Shown here: piece by piece, positions 63,018 to 64,000 of the stretch
Position numbering within the stretch: position 1 is the first letter of the stretch
Layout of the letters: each line of letters begins with the position of its first letter
From: Leucoraja ocellata
Lineage: Eukaryota
Assembly: GCA_036785375.1 (NCBI GenBank)
Contig: JAWMAR010000391.1
Location: 1,178,001-1,242,000, forward strand
Direction of reading: 5' to 3'
Length of the DNA: 64,000 nucleotides
Translations under genes and position numbers: made by a program
Notes under the pieces: model-generated
What the model saw: only the letters and a program-made list of their open reading frames with translations
The model's database searches: none
What the model was told of the DNA's origin: nothing

Positions 63018-63810
63018 GTAAAATAAAAAATAAGTAATTAAAAAAAAATAATGTATATTCGAATTCGGTATGTCAAGAAGCAAAATTGATTAGTCTCCTG
63101 AGGAACAATTTCTGAACACGTCAATTTCTGAAAAGTGTTGAATACTCTTTTGTGTGGCCTTCACTGTTATGCAACTTTCAAAATGTGTGTATTTGTTGAG
63201 ATTAATTGATGAGCAGGCCCTTTGAAAATCTTTAGGAGAAAAATTGCTAGATTTACCTACACTTTGTCTTTTGGGCATTTTTCAAGCATTCTTTTCCAAT
63301 TCCTGGCAATTCGATTGTTTAACTTATTGACCTTGCTTCCCAGATTGACCATGCTCTCTGTCTAACCATTAACAGTTCGTGCAAACATATTTATCACCCC
63401 CTCTAGGTTGGTGCTTGTACAGTCCTCTTTCACCACCAGATTCTCCCCACCACTACCACAATCGCCCAAATTCAACTCCAAAATTATTAAGAACTCTTGA
63501 ATTCTGGTCTAGCACATTCATGATTGGTTGAATCGGAGCGTAGCATTGGTGTTTTTCTCTTTGAGCAAGGTTGACAATTCCAGATTCTGTAACTTGCAAA
63601 ATAGTTTTCCCGTGGCATGTTTCTGAAATAACTGTAGTTTTCCTCATTCAGATTTGCTTATCAAAGCACAATTGTCCTGAGTTGACTTTACCGAGTTCTG
63701 CAACTATCCTCCCTCAAGTATAATATGTTTTGTTTAGAGATACAATGTGAAAATGTGTTTGAACGTTTCATGCAGAATATTGATCATGCATATTAAAATA
63801 CTTGGATAGT

Positions 63811-63838
63811 CTGAAGAAGGGTCTCAACCCGAAACGTC
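63811..63838 (+). ncRNA. Minimal hammerhead-ribozyme-like motif (Penelope-associated)
   Basis: CTGAAGA-A-GGGT-CTCA-ACCC-GAAAC-GTC has the CUGANGA and GAAA cores, stem II and a palindromic ACGU stem III. Stem I is very short. Confidence 0.5.
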
Positions 63839-64000
63839 GCAATACATTTTCGTATTCGATATCCCTTATTTTCTTAGGAAATTGGATGTCCTGTAGACGT
63901 CTGGGCACCTGAACTAAAAGGACCCAAAGGCCAGGGTTTCAGGATCAGCAGAGACTGCCGCTCCCTCATGACCCTGTCTGGGGAAAATAGAAATTTGCTT

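Overview
Vertebrate genomic DNA, most likely an elasmobranch (skate/ray-like; inferred from HE1/V-SINE-type SINEs and CR1/Penelope-type repeats). The window holds the conserved DNAAF4 (DYX1C1)-PIERCE2 (C15orf65)-CCPG1 block. DNAAF4 is complete on + (9 coding exons, 16562-28212, 426 aa). A PIERCE2-family ORF lies on - (31900-32868) in a single exon and carries an unexpected ~230-aa N-terminal degenerate repeat region with an RVxF motif. CCPG1 is on +, partial (six coding exons, 42610-62868, running off the window), and shares a CpG-island bidirectional promoter with PIERCE2 (ZNF143/THAP11-type motif, X-box, CRE half-sites). The remainder is intron and intergenic DNA with SINEs, CR1 and Rex1-like LINE fragments, an RTE-like 5' end, DNA-transposon MITEs and a 269-N gap. 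The most notable observations are: (1) a family of 95-nt TSD-flanked Penelope-like mini-elements that begin with a minimal hammerhead-ribozyme motif, plus foldback versions; (2) the repeat-extended PIERCE2; (3) candidate frame-preserving microexons in the CCPG1 intron right after the transmembrane exon; (4) a near-perfect 49-bp hairpin just downstream of a CCPG1 donor. Homology calls come from recalled protein and repeat motifs, not database searches. Repeat boundaries are approximate.
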